Virus record (IMG/VR): IMGVR_UViG_3300022227_000004
Location: 1 to 52,162 of that record
Reading direction: 5' to 3' (one strand)
Length of the DNA: 52,162 bases
Source: a virus
Lineage: Duplodnaviria > Caudoviricetes
This document shows positions 36,555 to 45,452 of this stretch, in pieces. Numbering within the stretch: the first letter of the stretch is position 1; each line of letters starts with the position of its first letter. A model generated the notes under the pieces. It had not been told where the DNA came from, made no database searches, and saw nothing but the letters and a program-made list of their open reading frames with translations. Made by a program: the position numbers and the translations under genes.

Positions 36555-36643
36555 GGAGAGCCTGGCAAGGGTGAGCTAAGCAGTTTGCTAAACTGTAGTC
36601 ATTCAAAAGTGGCTTACGAGTTCAAATCTCGTGCTCTCCACCA
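36555..36643 (+). tRNA. tRNA-Ser(GCT), long variable arm, encoded CCA
   Basis: acceptor GGAGAGC/GCTCTCC, anticodon arm GCAGT-TTGCTAA-ACTGT, T arm ACGAG-TTCAAAT-CTCGT, 3' ACCA. Confidence 0.88.
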
Positions 36644-36675
36644 TTTTATAATTTGTCTTTAAGGAGCAATAAGAT

Positions 36676-38688
36676 ATGAATCTTAAGGAGCTAGCAAAAG
36701 CTGAACAATCTAGACATGAAAGTGAAAACTGGGAAGGTTCATTTGAGGAATATCTCAAAATGGCCAAAGAAGATCCTAGAATTACTCATAATGCTTATCA
36801 AAGATTGCATGCTGCAATTCTTCACTATGGAACTACAGAGCATACAGAGCTTAAAGAAAAGATTATTCATTACAAGCTCTTCGATGATCCATTTGAAGAT
36901 GGTGTAGATGCTATCCGAGGATTAGATAAGTCGCTGATGGATTTTGTCAGGCTGTTAGAAGCTGCATCAGAAAGTTTTGGAGTTGATAGAAGAATCTTAT
37001 TGCTCCACGGCCCTGTTGGTTCTTCAAAATCTTCTATTGCTAGAGTAATCAAGAAGGGTTTGGAAGATTATACACGAAAGCCCGAAGGTGCACTCTATAC
37101 TTATCGTTGGATAAAAGTAGATGATCACGATGAATCTGGTGTTGGAGATAAGATTGTTGATTGTCCAATGCATGAAGATCCAATTCATTTGATTCCTGCT
37201 AGACATAGAAAAGACCTTGGTTTCGATCATGTCAAAGGTAATATCTGTCCATTGTGCAGACATTTTTATATAAAGTTGATGGATACTCATGAAGGTGACT
37301 TTGAAAAAGTTATCAAAAATCATATTCAAGTTTTCAGGTTTGTATTTTCAGAAGATAATAGAATGGGTATCACTACATTCCAGCCTAAAGATGAAAAGAA
37401 TCAGGATTCAACAGAGCTAACAGGCGATATTGATTACCGAAAGATTGCTGAATATGGAAAAGATTCTGACCCTAGAGCATTTAATTTCGATGGTGAGCTC
37501 AACTGTGCTAATCGAGGTTTTATTGAAATGATTGAGATGCTCAAGCTTGATACTGCATTTCTTTACGATTTGCTTACAGCATCTCAAGAACATAAGATTA
37601 AGCCTAAGAAGTTTGCTCATGTTGACATTGATGAAGTTATTCTTTCACATACCAATGAGCCAGAATTCATTAAACTTCAAAAGGATAAGTTGCAGGAAGC
37701 TCTGAGAGATAGAATCGTTAAGGTAAATATTCCTTATGTATTGAAGCTCGATGATGAAATTAAGATCTATGAGAAACTGTTCAAGTCTGATACAGTAGGA
37801 AAGTTTATTGCTCCTCATACTCTCGAAATTGCAGCAATGTGGGCTATTTTGACAAGGCTCGAACCTCCTGTTGGAAATATTACATACGTTCAGAAGATGA
37901 AGTTATACAATGGAAGAGCTCTTCCAGGATTCAATGAAGAGAATGTTAAAGAGCTTCAGGAAAAAGCAGTTCGAGAAGGAATGGACGGAATTTCTCCAAG
38001 ATATATTCAGGACAAAATCTCAAATGCAATTGTGAATCATCCAGAAGTTGTAAATGTTAATCCATTTATGGTTTTGAATGAACTTGATTCGGGCCTTGAT
38101 GGATATTCTCTAATCGAAAGTGAAGATAGGAGAAAGGAATTCAGAGCTTTGCTGGAAGATGTTAAGACTGAATATGAAGACATTATTAAGAATGAAGTTC
38201 AAAGAGCAATCGCAGCTGATGAGGAAGCACTTCAAAAGTTGTTTGCTAATTACATTGATAATGTTAAGGCTTACACAAGCAGTGAAAAGGTGAAAAACAA
38301 GTTGACTCAGAAAGATGAAGAACCAAATGAATCTTTGATGAGATCAATAGAAGAGAAAGCCAGAATTCCTGCAGATAGGAAGGATGATTTTAGACAGCAA
38401 ATCATGAATTATATTGGTGCTTTGGCTGTTGATGGAAAGAAGTATGATTATAAATCCAATGAACGACTGCTTCAGGCACTTGAAAGAAAGTTGTTTGAAG
38501 ATCAGAAGGATACAATCAAGATTCATCAGCTCGTACATGGCACGGTCGATGATGATACTCAAGGAAAAATTGATATTGTCAAGACAAGAATGATTGAAAA
38601 TTATGGTTACGATGATCAATCAGCTCAAGATGTTCTCGAATATGTATCTTCAATTTATGCAAGGTCAGATTCTAAAGATGAGAATTAA
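36676..38688 (+). CDS. prkA: PrkA/YeaG family AAA+ ATPase (annotated Ser kinase)
   Basis: LLHGPVGSSKS, QPKDEKNQDSTELTG, DPRAF, ANRG..E.IEMLK, HTNEPE, EALRDR, GISPRY. Confidence 0.93.
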   Translation: MNLKELAKAEQSRHESENWEGSFEEYLKMAKEDPRITHNAYQRLHAAILHYGTTEHTELKEKIIHYKLFDDPFEDGVDAIRGLDKSLMDFVRLLEAASESFGVDRRILLLHGPVGSSKSSIARVIKKGLEDYTRKPEGALYTYRWIKVDDHDESGVGDKIVDCPMHEDPIHLIPARHRKDLGFDHVKGNICPLCRHFYIKLMDTHEGDFEKVIKNHIQVFRFVFSEDNRMGITTFQPKDEKNQDSTELTGDIDYRKIAEYGKDSDPRAFNFDGELNCANRGFIEMIEMLKLDTAFLYDLLTASQEHKIKPKKFAHVDIDEVILSHTNEPEFIKLQKDKLQEALRDRIVKVNIPYVLKLDDEIKIYEKLFKSDTVGKFIAPHTLEIAAMWAILTRLEPPVGNITYVQKMKLYNGRALPGFNEENVKELQEKAVREGMDGISPRYIQDKISNAIVNHPEVVNVNPFMVLNELDSGLDGYSLIESEDRRKEFRALLEDVKTEYEDIIKNEVQRAIAADEEALQKLFANYIDNVKAYTSSEKVKNKLTQKDEEPNESLMRSIEEKARIPADRKDDFRQQIMNYIGALAVDGKKYDYKSNERLLQALERKLFEDQKDTIKIHQLVHGTVDDDTQGKIDIVKTRMIENYGYDDQSAQDVLEYVSSIYARSDSKDEN

Positions 38689-38690
38689 TT

Positions 38691-39779
38691 ATGGCAACTG
38701 TCAAAAAAGATCAATCTCGATTTAAAAAGAAGATTAGAGAGAATGTAAAAAAGAACATTAAGAATATTATCAATGGGGAATTTCAATCTGTAAAGGGTGG
38801 AAAATCCGTGAAGGTTCCCATTGATAGCATTCACATTCCTCGGATCAGATATACGGTAGAAAATGAAGGTGGGGTTGGTAGAGGAGAAGGTGAAGAAGGA
38901 GAAGTGCTTGGAATTGATGAAGGCGATGGTGAAGGACAGCAACAAGCTGGCAATGAAAAAGGCCAACATTCAGTCTATGCTGATATTTCACTCGAAGAAG
39001 CCGCTGAAATTCTAGGTGAAGAACTTCATCTACCAAATATTGTGCCAAAGGGACAGAAAGTAATTGAAGGAGAAAAAGATAAGTATAACACAGTATCTGA
39101 CTCCGGTCCCAGAAGCTTAAGACATAAGAAGCGAACACTAAAGAACACAATCAAAAGAGGTAGACCAGATTTGGTTCCTTATGTAAATGATTTCAAGTAT
39201 AAATCTTGGACTCGCAGACCTTCTCCAATGAACAATGCTGTTGTATTTTATATGCAAGACATATCAGCTTCAATGAGTAGAGAACAACTAGTATTAGTTA
39301 GAACTATTTGTTTCTGGATTGAAGCTTGGCTATCAAAAGAATATGATAACGTCGATATTAGATATATCATGCACGATACGATAGCAGGTGAGGTTACACA
39401 AGAACAATTCTATGCTTATTCTCCAGGTGGTGGAACTATGATTTCAACAGCATTTCAAAAGATGCTTGAAAGAATCAAGCTATCATATCCTGTAGATGAT
39501 TGGAATATCTATCCTTTCTATTTTGGGGATGGAGATAACTGGGGTGAAGATTCAGACATAGCTATTAAAATGGTGACTGAAGATTTGGTTCCTATTTGCA
39601 ATCAATTGAGTATTGGAATAATCGAAAGTGCCTGGCAATCAGTTGGTAATTTCGGAACTCAATTGCAAGAAAAAATGCAGCATGATGAAGAGTTGGCAAA
39701 GAAATTAAGCATAACTACTATACAAAGTATAAACGGTGTTTACGATGCTATAAAAGAATTCTTAGGGAAAGGAAACTAA
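38691..39779 (+). CDS. yeaH: YeaH/YhbH (DUF444) vWA-domain protein
   Basis: DQSRF, Gly-rich linker, ELHLPNI.PK, MQDISASM (MIDAS), GGTMIS, WNIYPFYFGDGDNW. Confidence 0.9.
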   Translation: MATVKKDQSRFKKKIRENVKKNIKNIINGEFQSVKGGKSVKVPIDSIHIPRIRYTVENEGGVGRGEGEEGEVLGIDEGDGEGQQQAGNEKGQHSVYADISLEEAAEILGEELHLPNIVPKGQKVIEGEKDKYNTVSDSGPRSLRHKKRTLKNTIKRGRPDLVPYVNDFKYKSWTRRPSPMNNAVVFYMQDISASMSREQLVLVRTICFWIEAWLSKEYDNVDIRYIMHDTIAGEVTQEQFYAYSPGGGTMISTAFQKMLERIKLSYPVDDWNIYPFYFGDGDNWGEDSDIAIKMVTEDLVPICNQLSIGIIESAWQSVGNFGTQLQEKMQHDEELAKKLSITTIQSINGVYDAIKEFLGKGN

Positions 39780-40022
39780 CGTTCTTTCTTTGCTCTTTTT
39801 AGAATAAAAAACAAATTATATGATTTTTACTTACCTGATTATAATATATTGATTGAAGTTGATGGCATATATTGGCATGCTAGAAATGAAAATAATAGAC
39901 CAAAATACTGGAAAAAGATAAAAAACAACGATGAATATAAAAACAAATTAGCAAAAGACAGAGAGTTTAAACTCGTCAGGATATGGGAAGATGAAATTCA
40001 CAAAAAATGGAGATTTTGTTAA
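39780..40022 (+). pseudogene. start-less DUF559/Vsr-like endonuclease fragment in frame with yeaH stop
   Basis: manually translated ...YDFYLPDYNILIEVDGIYWH...ND.YKN.LA....FKLVRIWE; no ATG. Confidence 0.7.
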
Positions 40023-41620
40023 CGATGAAAGACAAATTCAACTATATTGTAGATTTTCCAACCGAATTGAAAGATTGGAAATATGATATAGAGAAAATTG
40101 CTCTTGAAGAGGGTTTAAGCTTTTTCGATACTATTTTTGAGATGGTTGATTGGGATTCTTTGTATCAAATAGCAGGTAGAGGAGGATTTCCCGAACGATA
40201 TCCTCACTGGAGTTTTGGTCAAGACTATGATCATATGAGTAAGCAACACTCATTCGGTGTCATGAAAATTTCAGAAATGGTTATAAATACAGATCCTTGT
40301 TATGCTTATCTAATGACAAGTAATAGTTTGGCCGATCAAAAAATGGTCATCGCCCATGTCTATGGACATGCAGATTTCTTCTTAAATAACATGTGGTTTA
40401 GCAAAACAGATAGAAAGATGCTCGATACAATGGGCAATCATTCTAAAATTGTCAATATGTATGTCGATCGATATGGTGAAGAATCAGTAGAGAGCTTCTT
40501 AGATATTTGCTTGAGTATAGATTCGCTGGTTGATAAGCATTCTATCTTTATTCAGAGAAAGTCAACACCGGTTAGAAAAATGGCTTCACCTCTTGATGAA
40601 AAAATAGAAAACATAGATGATGCTATTGATATTTTTGATATTGATCCTGAAAAGCAATACATGGATGAATTCATAAATAAAAAAGAAGATATTGAGAAGC
40701 TAAGAAAAGAAGCCAGAGACGATAAAAAAGAAGAAGATGAAAGAGATAAAGGATTGCCTGAAAAGGATATTCTATTGTTGCTAATTAATAGAGCTCCTAT
40801 GAAACACTGGCAGCGACATATTCTATCATTGCTTAGAGAAGAATCTTATTATTTTGCTCCTCAAGCTATGACAAAGATTATGAATGAAGGTTGGGCTTCT
40901 TACTGGCACGAACATATTATGACAAAGAGACGGATTCTTTGTGATGATGAATTAATAGAATATGCAGAACAACATGCTGGAACAATGGGATCTAGTAAGC
41001 AATTGAATCCCTACAAGTTAGGATTAGAAATATTCAAAGACATAGAAGATAGATGGAACAAAGGTAAGTTTGGCAAAGAATGGGAAGATTGTGAAAATCT
41101 ACAAGAGTTGGAAAATTGGGACAAAAAGGTGGGTAAGGGCAGGGAAAAGATTTTTGATGTAAGAAGAACTCATAACGATGTTGAATTTATTGATGAATTT
41201 TTTACTAAAGAATTGTGTGAAAAGCTACAGCTTTATAATTATGATAAGAGAGATCTTCCTGGAAATATTGGAAAGGTTTATATCTTAACTGATAGAGAGT
41301 TTGCTAAGATAAAACAGCGACTGTTATTCAGCCTATCTAATCATGGTTTGCCTGCAATCACTGCCACTGAAACTGATTTTCAGGGTAATGGAACATTGAA
41401 ATTGGTTCATTCTACTGAATCTGACTATGTATTTGAAGAAGGTGAAGCCAAAGAAGTTGTTAAAAATATACAGGCTCTATGGAAGAAGCCTGTTCAATTG
41501 GAACTGACAAACAAAAATGGTAAATACACGTACACTAATAGAGGAGCTCAAACAACTGTTTCAAAATCGAGTATAGAACCAAAACCCAGTGATATTTATG
41601 ATACATATGAATTTGAATAA
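40007..41620 (+). CDS. spoVR: SpoVR/YcgB family protein
   Basis: GFPERYPHWSFG, EMVINTDPCYAYL, AHVYGHADFF, YFAPQAMTKIMNEGWASYWH, NPYKLG. Confidence 0.93.
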   Translation: MEILLTMKDKFNYIVDFPTELKDWKYDIEKIALEEGLSFFDTIFEMVDWDSLYQIAGRGGFPERYPHWSFGQDYDHMSKQHSFGVMKISEMVINTDPCYAYLMTSNSLADQKMVIAHVYGHADFFLNNMWFSKTDRKMLDTMGNHSKIVNMYVDRYGEESVESFLDICLSIDSLVDKHSIFIQRKSTPVRKMASPLDEKIENIDDAIDIFDIDPEKQYMDEFINKKEDIEKLRKEARDDKKEEDERDKGLPEKDILLLLINRAPMKHWQRHILSLLREESYYFAPQAMTKIMNEGWASYWHEHIMTKRRILCDDELIEYAEQHAGTMGSSKQLNPYKLGLEIFKDIEDRWNKGKFGKEWEDCENLQELENWDKKVGKGREKIFDVRRTHNDVEFIDEFFTKELCEKLQLYNYDKRDLPGNIGKVYILTDREFAKIKQRLLFSLSNHGLPAITATETDFQGNGTLKLVHSTESDYVFEEGEAKEVVKNIQALWKKPVQLELTNKNGKYTYTNRGAQTTVSKSSIEPKPSDIYDTYEFE

Positions 41621-41622
41621 TT

Positions 41623-41910
41623 GGGGCAGAATCTGGATTCGACTGTTAATTGATCATACGAGTGCATCTAAACAACAAAAATATTCGACAACGAATACTC
41701 TTTAGCTGCTTAATCAGCTACGTGTGCCTTAGGGACTCCGATATTTAAGGATTTCACGTAAACGTTTCGGAATGTTAAAAGTAATACCTTTGCTACACTG
41801 TCATAAATTTTGCTTATTATTTTATGATTGCGATTCAAATAAGATATAGATGTGAATGACTTATATGCTAGGTTAGCAACACGCCGGTTCAAACCCGGCC
41901 TGCTCCACCA
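41623..41910 (+). ncRNA. ssrA: tmRNA (288 nt), tag (A)DNEYSLAA
   Basis: 5' GGGGCAG...GGATTCGAC, acceptor stem with G3-U pair, T arm GCCGG-TTCAAAC-CCGGC, 3' CTGCTCCACCA; tag frame 41687-41713 ending LAA-stop in hairpin TAGCTG/CAGCTA. Confidence 0.92.
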
Positions 41911-41928
41911 AAAAATTAGAGAAGGTTA

Positions 41929-42873
41929 ATGTATATAAGAGATGTATTGGTAGAAAAAATTGATTACCAGAAGGAAATTATAGAAAAAGGATCCGACCTT
42001 ATTACATCGTCAGATCCTTTTTTTAGAAATATAATCAAAGCTTCTACTGTATGCTCTGATGCCGTAAAAGAAATGTTGAAGAGCGGTAAAGTTCTTGTAA
42101 GGAATTCAAACAATAAAGCTCATAGCTATTATAGAGGGCCTTCTAGAAATAGAAAACCAGTAGATTCTAATCAGAGCACAGATGATTTTTTTGAAAAATA
42201 CAGAAAGAAATACTGGCCTGATATTCCATCAAGAAGAAAAGCTACATTCTCGTTTTCTGCTAAAGTAACAAGCAGAAGTTTAGATGCTTATGAGGTGAGC
42301 GACTCCGGCTATGGTTCACAGCTATTGGTAGTGATACCAAAAAATGGTACCAAATATTTTCAGTCAAAATATATAAAAGATTTTTTTGATTCAACATTAT
42401 CTAATGATATTAGAGATCATGTATCATTAGAAAGTATAGATCGATTGAAAAATGCTCTTAAAGATGCTGAAGAAGATTTAGAAAATAGAAAAATAGATCT
42501 TTTCAACACACAAAAACAATATGGAAAAATGGCTTTGATGCAAGATGAAATTAAAATGGCTAAGCGAAGAGTAGCATGGGCAGAAATGGATTTAGAATCC
42601 ACTCACGATGAATATATTGCAGCTAAGCAGATGCAAGATCCGAAGAAAATAGAAAAATCAATGGACAGATATTTTAATCAGATCAATTGGAAAATTTCTC
42701 AATTGATTACTGGGAGTCATAAATTTGAAGTCGTAATAGAACACAAAGGTTATTTTGCATTCTCTGTAAAGATATGGGAAGCTTATATAAAGCAAATGAG
42801 AATACCTCCATTGAGAATATTAGAACCAGAATATGTCAAGGCTTTGAATGGTGCTATTAGGAAAATTAAGTGA
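41929..42873 (+). CDS. hypothetical protein, paralog A (leader MYIRDVLVE)
   Basis: shares RKPVDS, IPSRRK, NGxKYFQS, E(V/I)VIEHKGY with the next gene. Confidence 0.7.
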   Translation: MYIRDVLVEKIDYQKEIIEKGSDLITSSDPFFRNIIKASTVCSDAVKEMLKSGKVLVRNSNNKAHSYYRGPSRNRKPVDSNQSTDDFFEKYRKKYWPDIPSRRKATFSFSAKVTSRSLDAYEVSDSGYGSQLLVVIPKNGTKYFQSKYIKDFFDSTLSNDIRDHVSLESIDRLKNALKDAEEDLENRKIDLFNTQKQYGKMALMQDEIKMAKRRVAWAEMDLESTHDEYIAAKQMQDPKKIEKSMDRYFNQINWKISQLITGSHKFEVVIEHKGYFAFSVKIWEAYIKQMRIPPLRILEPEYVKALNGAIRKIK

Positions 42874-43691
42874 AGCTAAGAGAAGCTATATTTAAGAGTG
42901 TTCCATTTGATGAGGTGGAAAAGCATGTTGATTACATACAAGAAAGAGTTGCAGGCAAAGGTTATAAGAAAATGTTGCAGCATATTGTAGCTATTTCTAA
43001 TGGTGCTAGTAATGTAGTCAAGGATATGACAATGAAAAGAATATGCTTGGTAAGAGGAACAGATGCTAAAGGTTCTCCTGTATTTTCTCATTCGAAGAGA
43101 ACAACTGAAAGAAAACCAGTTGATTCTAGAAGAGATATAGATGAATATGTAGAGCAATTTAGAGCTAAAAATTATGGTAGTATTCCATCAAGAAGAAAAT
43201 CAGTCTACTGTTTCTTGACTAATTGGACTCGAGGGAATAGCAAAGCTGGAATGAATGAATATGCTAGAAGTTATGGCAGAAATATATACGTAGTATTTCC
43301 ATTGAACGGTTCAAAATATTTTCAGTCTTTGAAAGTGCCTGACTTTTTGAATTCATGGCCGTATAGTATGGTGGAAGAATATCTTGAATTTAAGAGTAGA
43401 GGTGTTTTTCTCAGTGGTAATGAGCCTGATCTTACAGGAAATAAAGAATCGGCTTTTAGCAAAGTCAAGAAGTCTAAAGACAGAGCAGATGAAGAGCTTG
43501 ATAAATATTTCACTAATTCTAATAATAAGTTTGCTCAAATGAGCAAGAAAAATCATGAAATCGTCATAGAACATAAAGGCTATATAGCTTTAAATACTTT
43601 TGACTTGAATGTATATGCCGAGCTGTATAAGGGAGGAGTGGATGTATTCCACGGAGATCATATAGCATTCTTAAAGAAGCGTATAATATGA
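42870..43691 (+). CDS. hypothetical protein, paralog B (leader MKLREA)
   Basis: GTG start; shared motifs with the upstream gene. Confidence 0.7.
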   Translation: MKLREAIFKSVPFDEVEKHVDYIQERVAGKGYKKMLQHIVAISNGASNVVKDMTMKRICLVRGTDAKGSPVFSHSKRTTERKPVDSRRDIDEYVEQFRAKNYGSIPSRRKSVYCFLTNWTRGNSKAGMNEYARSYGRNIYVVFPLNGSKYFQSLKVPDFLNSWPYSMVEEYLEFKSRGVFLSGNEPDLTGNKESAFSKVKKSKDRADEELDKYFTNSNNKFAQMSKKNHEIVIEHKGYIALNTFDLNVYAELYKGGVDVFHGDHIAFLKKRII

Positions 43692-44317
43692 AATTACAAA
43701 CACTTATAATAGAAAACATAATAGCTGAATATTCAGAACTTGTTCTAGAAAGAGCTGAAAATGATTTCAATAGAATAGCATCTAGATTATCCAACAAGTT
43801 ATTTATATTAACCGGTCACCCAAGAAGCGGAAAGAGCACAGTTGTTACTAATTATATTAGACCGAGATCAAAGAATCTAAAGATTGTCAATCCTGATGAC
43901 ATCTCTACTATGTTTACAAAAGATCCTAATGTTCATAAGAGAGGTGCCACACATCTATCTATAAAATCATCTACTAATTTCTTTGCTAAAGCAAGAAAAG
44001 ATAAGGCTGATTTTTTGTATGATTCAACAGGCACTGATACTTCTCGAATGAAGACAATATCCGATAAAGGTTCTAGCAATGGATATAATATTATCGTCAT
44101 AAGTGTTTTTGCTCCATTGAAAACAGCTCTTGATAGAAATGCTAAAGCAGATAGACAAGTAGATCAAGATTATTTAATTTCAGCTTGGAAGGAATCACAG
44201 AGCAATATAAGAAAAGTATGGAATGCCATTAAACCAAAGTTTCATTTCATTGTAGTCAATACGAATGAACGGACAACTTGGTATAAATTCAATGGTAAGG
44301 AGATTGTAAGAAAGTAA
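43688..44317 (+). CDS. P-loop kinase (AAA_33/zeta-toxin-like) with MKLQTLIIE leader
   Basis: ILTGHPRSGKST, VNPDD, YDSTG, ALDRNAK.DRQV. Confidence 0.7.
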   Translation: MKLQTLIIENIIAEYSELVLERAENDFNRIASRLSNKLFILTGHPRSGKSTVVTNYIRPRSKNLKIVNPDDISTMFTKDPNVHKRGATHLSIKSSTNFFAKARKDKADFLYDSTGTDTSRMKTISDKGSSNGYNIIVISVFAPLKTALDRNAKADRQVDQDYLISAWKESQSNIRKVWNAIKPKFHFIVVNTNERTTWYKFNGKEIVRK

Positions 44318-44367
44318 AACGGTTATTTTGTTTTGTAATATGAGGAAACATCTAACCGAGAAAGGAA

Positions 44368-44790
44368 TTGAACAGAAGAAAAACAGAATCACAGTCACAA
44401 AGAGAACTAAATACTGAACTTGGATATTTTGACAAATTATCTGTAGCAGGAAAAAGAGAAGCCTTCAAAGATCTCTACTTAGACTATACTGAAGCTAATG
44501 CGCAAAGGATTCAATCAGATACTAAGGCGTATAAAGCTAGAAAAAGACATATAAGTAACAAACATAAGAAAGATAAGAAGAGATTATCTCCAGCTTTTAG
44601 AACTAAAGGACATTCAGCCTCCGCGGCTGGTATTATAACAATGATTGGTCAATTCCCACTAGGTGAATTTATAGGTGGAAGATCTTATATGGCAATTAAA
44701 GCCATTATAAGTCACGAGATATTTATAACATGGATGACAACTCTCACCACTTGGTGCATAGGTGAATGGGATCATAGAAAGAGGAAATAA
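44368..44790 (+). CDS. hypothetical protein
   Basis: TTG start, 140 aa, abuts next gene. Confidence 0.5.
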   Translation: MNRRKTESQSQRELNTELGYFDKLSVAGKREAFKDLYLDYTEANAQRIQSDTKAYKARKRHISNKHKKDKKRLSPAFRTKGHSASAAGIITMIGQFPLGEFIGGRSYMAIKAIISHEIFITWMTTLTTWCIGEWDHRKRK

Positions 44791-45363
44791 ATGAAACTAA
44801 GAGAAGCAGTAGCGACAGGTGATATACAAGATCTTGCCGATCAATATGCTAACGCATTTGAAGATGGTGATCAAGGTGAAATGCAAAATGTTGAAGGCTT
44901 AATGGCAGCGCAATTAGCTGGTAAAGGTTGGGACAAAGCTGCAACTAAAAGATTTCTAGATGAACTAGCTGCTGCTGGTGATGGATCTGATGTGTATAAG
45001 TTAATGACTAAGTATAACCTCTTCGATAGAAAATATACTCTTGATGAATATTCTCCTACTGATGAAACTAATATGTACAAAGTTCAGATATCCATTCCAT
45101 TGATAGAAAAAGATGCTGCTAAAGCTGATTCTAAAGAATTAGTTTCGTTTTTGAAGGAGAAGGGAATCAAAGTAATTAAAGCAAAATCTAAATCAACATC
45201 TCCTTTCAAAGTAGCTGATAATACAGTTATGGATGTTGATCTTGATATGATCATCAAAACTAAGATGGAGCGTGACGAAATTTTTAATGTCATCGAGCCA
45301 AGATATGAACTAGTAAGTTGTGAAGAAATTATAAATGGCAAAATAAGGGATGGAGGAATGTAA
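44791..45363 (+). CDS. hypothetical protein with MKLREA leader
   Basis: GAGG RBS; starts MKLREA. Confidence 0.65.
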   Translation: MKLREAVATGDIQDLADQYANAFEDGDQGEMQNVEGLMAAQLAGKGWDKAATKRFLDELAAAGDGSDVYKLMTKYNLFDRKYTLDEYSPTDETNMYKVQISIPLIEKDAAKADSKELVSFLKEKGIKVIKAKSKSTSPFKVADNTVMDVDLDMIIKTKMERDEIFNVIEPRYELVSCEEIINGKIRDGGM

Positions 45364-45452
45364 TGAGACTAAGAGAAGCTATAGCTAAATTTTTAGATTT
45401 TGACAAGAAAGAAATGAATCTTATTAAAAAATTATTCGGAAAGATAAGTTAA
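45363..45452 (+). CDS. 29-aa micro-ORF with MRLREA leader
   Basis: manually translated MRLREAIAKFLDFDKKEMNLIKKLFGKIS; GGAGG RBS; TAATG coupling at both ends. Confidence 0.55.
   Translation: MRLREAIAKFLDFDKKEMNLIKKLFGKIS

Noticed and set aside
36555-36643. Amber-suppressor/pyrrolysine reading (CTA in the loop)
   Set aside because: Stem GCAGT/ACTGT sets a 7-nt loop TTGCTAA with GCT centred, and the long variable arm fits Ser
36676-36705. PrkA N-terminus MNLKELAKAE as a member of the leader family
   Set aside because: Only partial match and may be part of the native first helix; not counted
41710-41892. 60-aa minus-strand ORF
   Set aside because: Lies within the tmRNA gene
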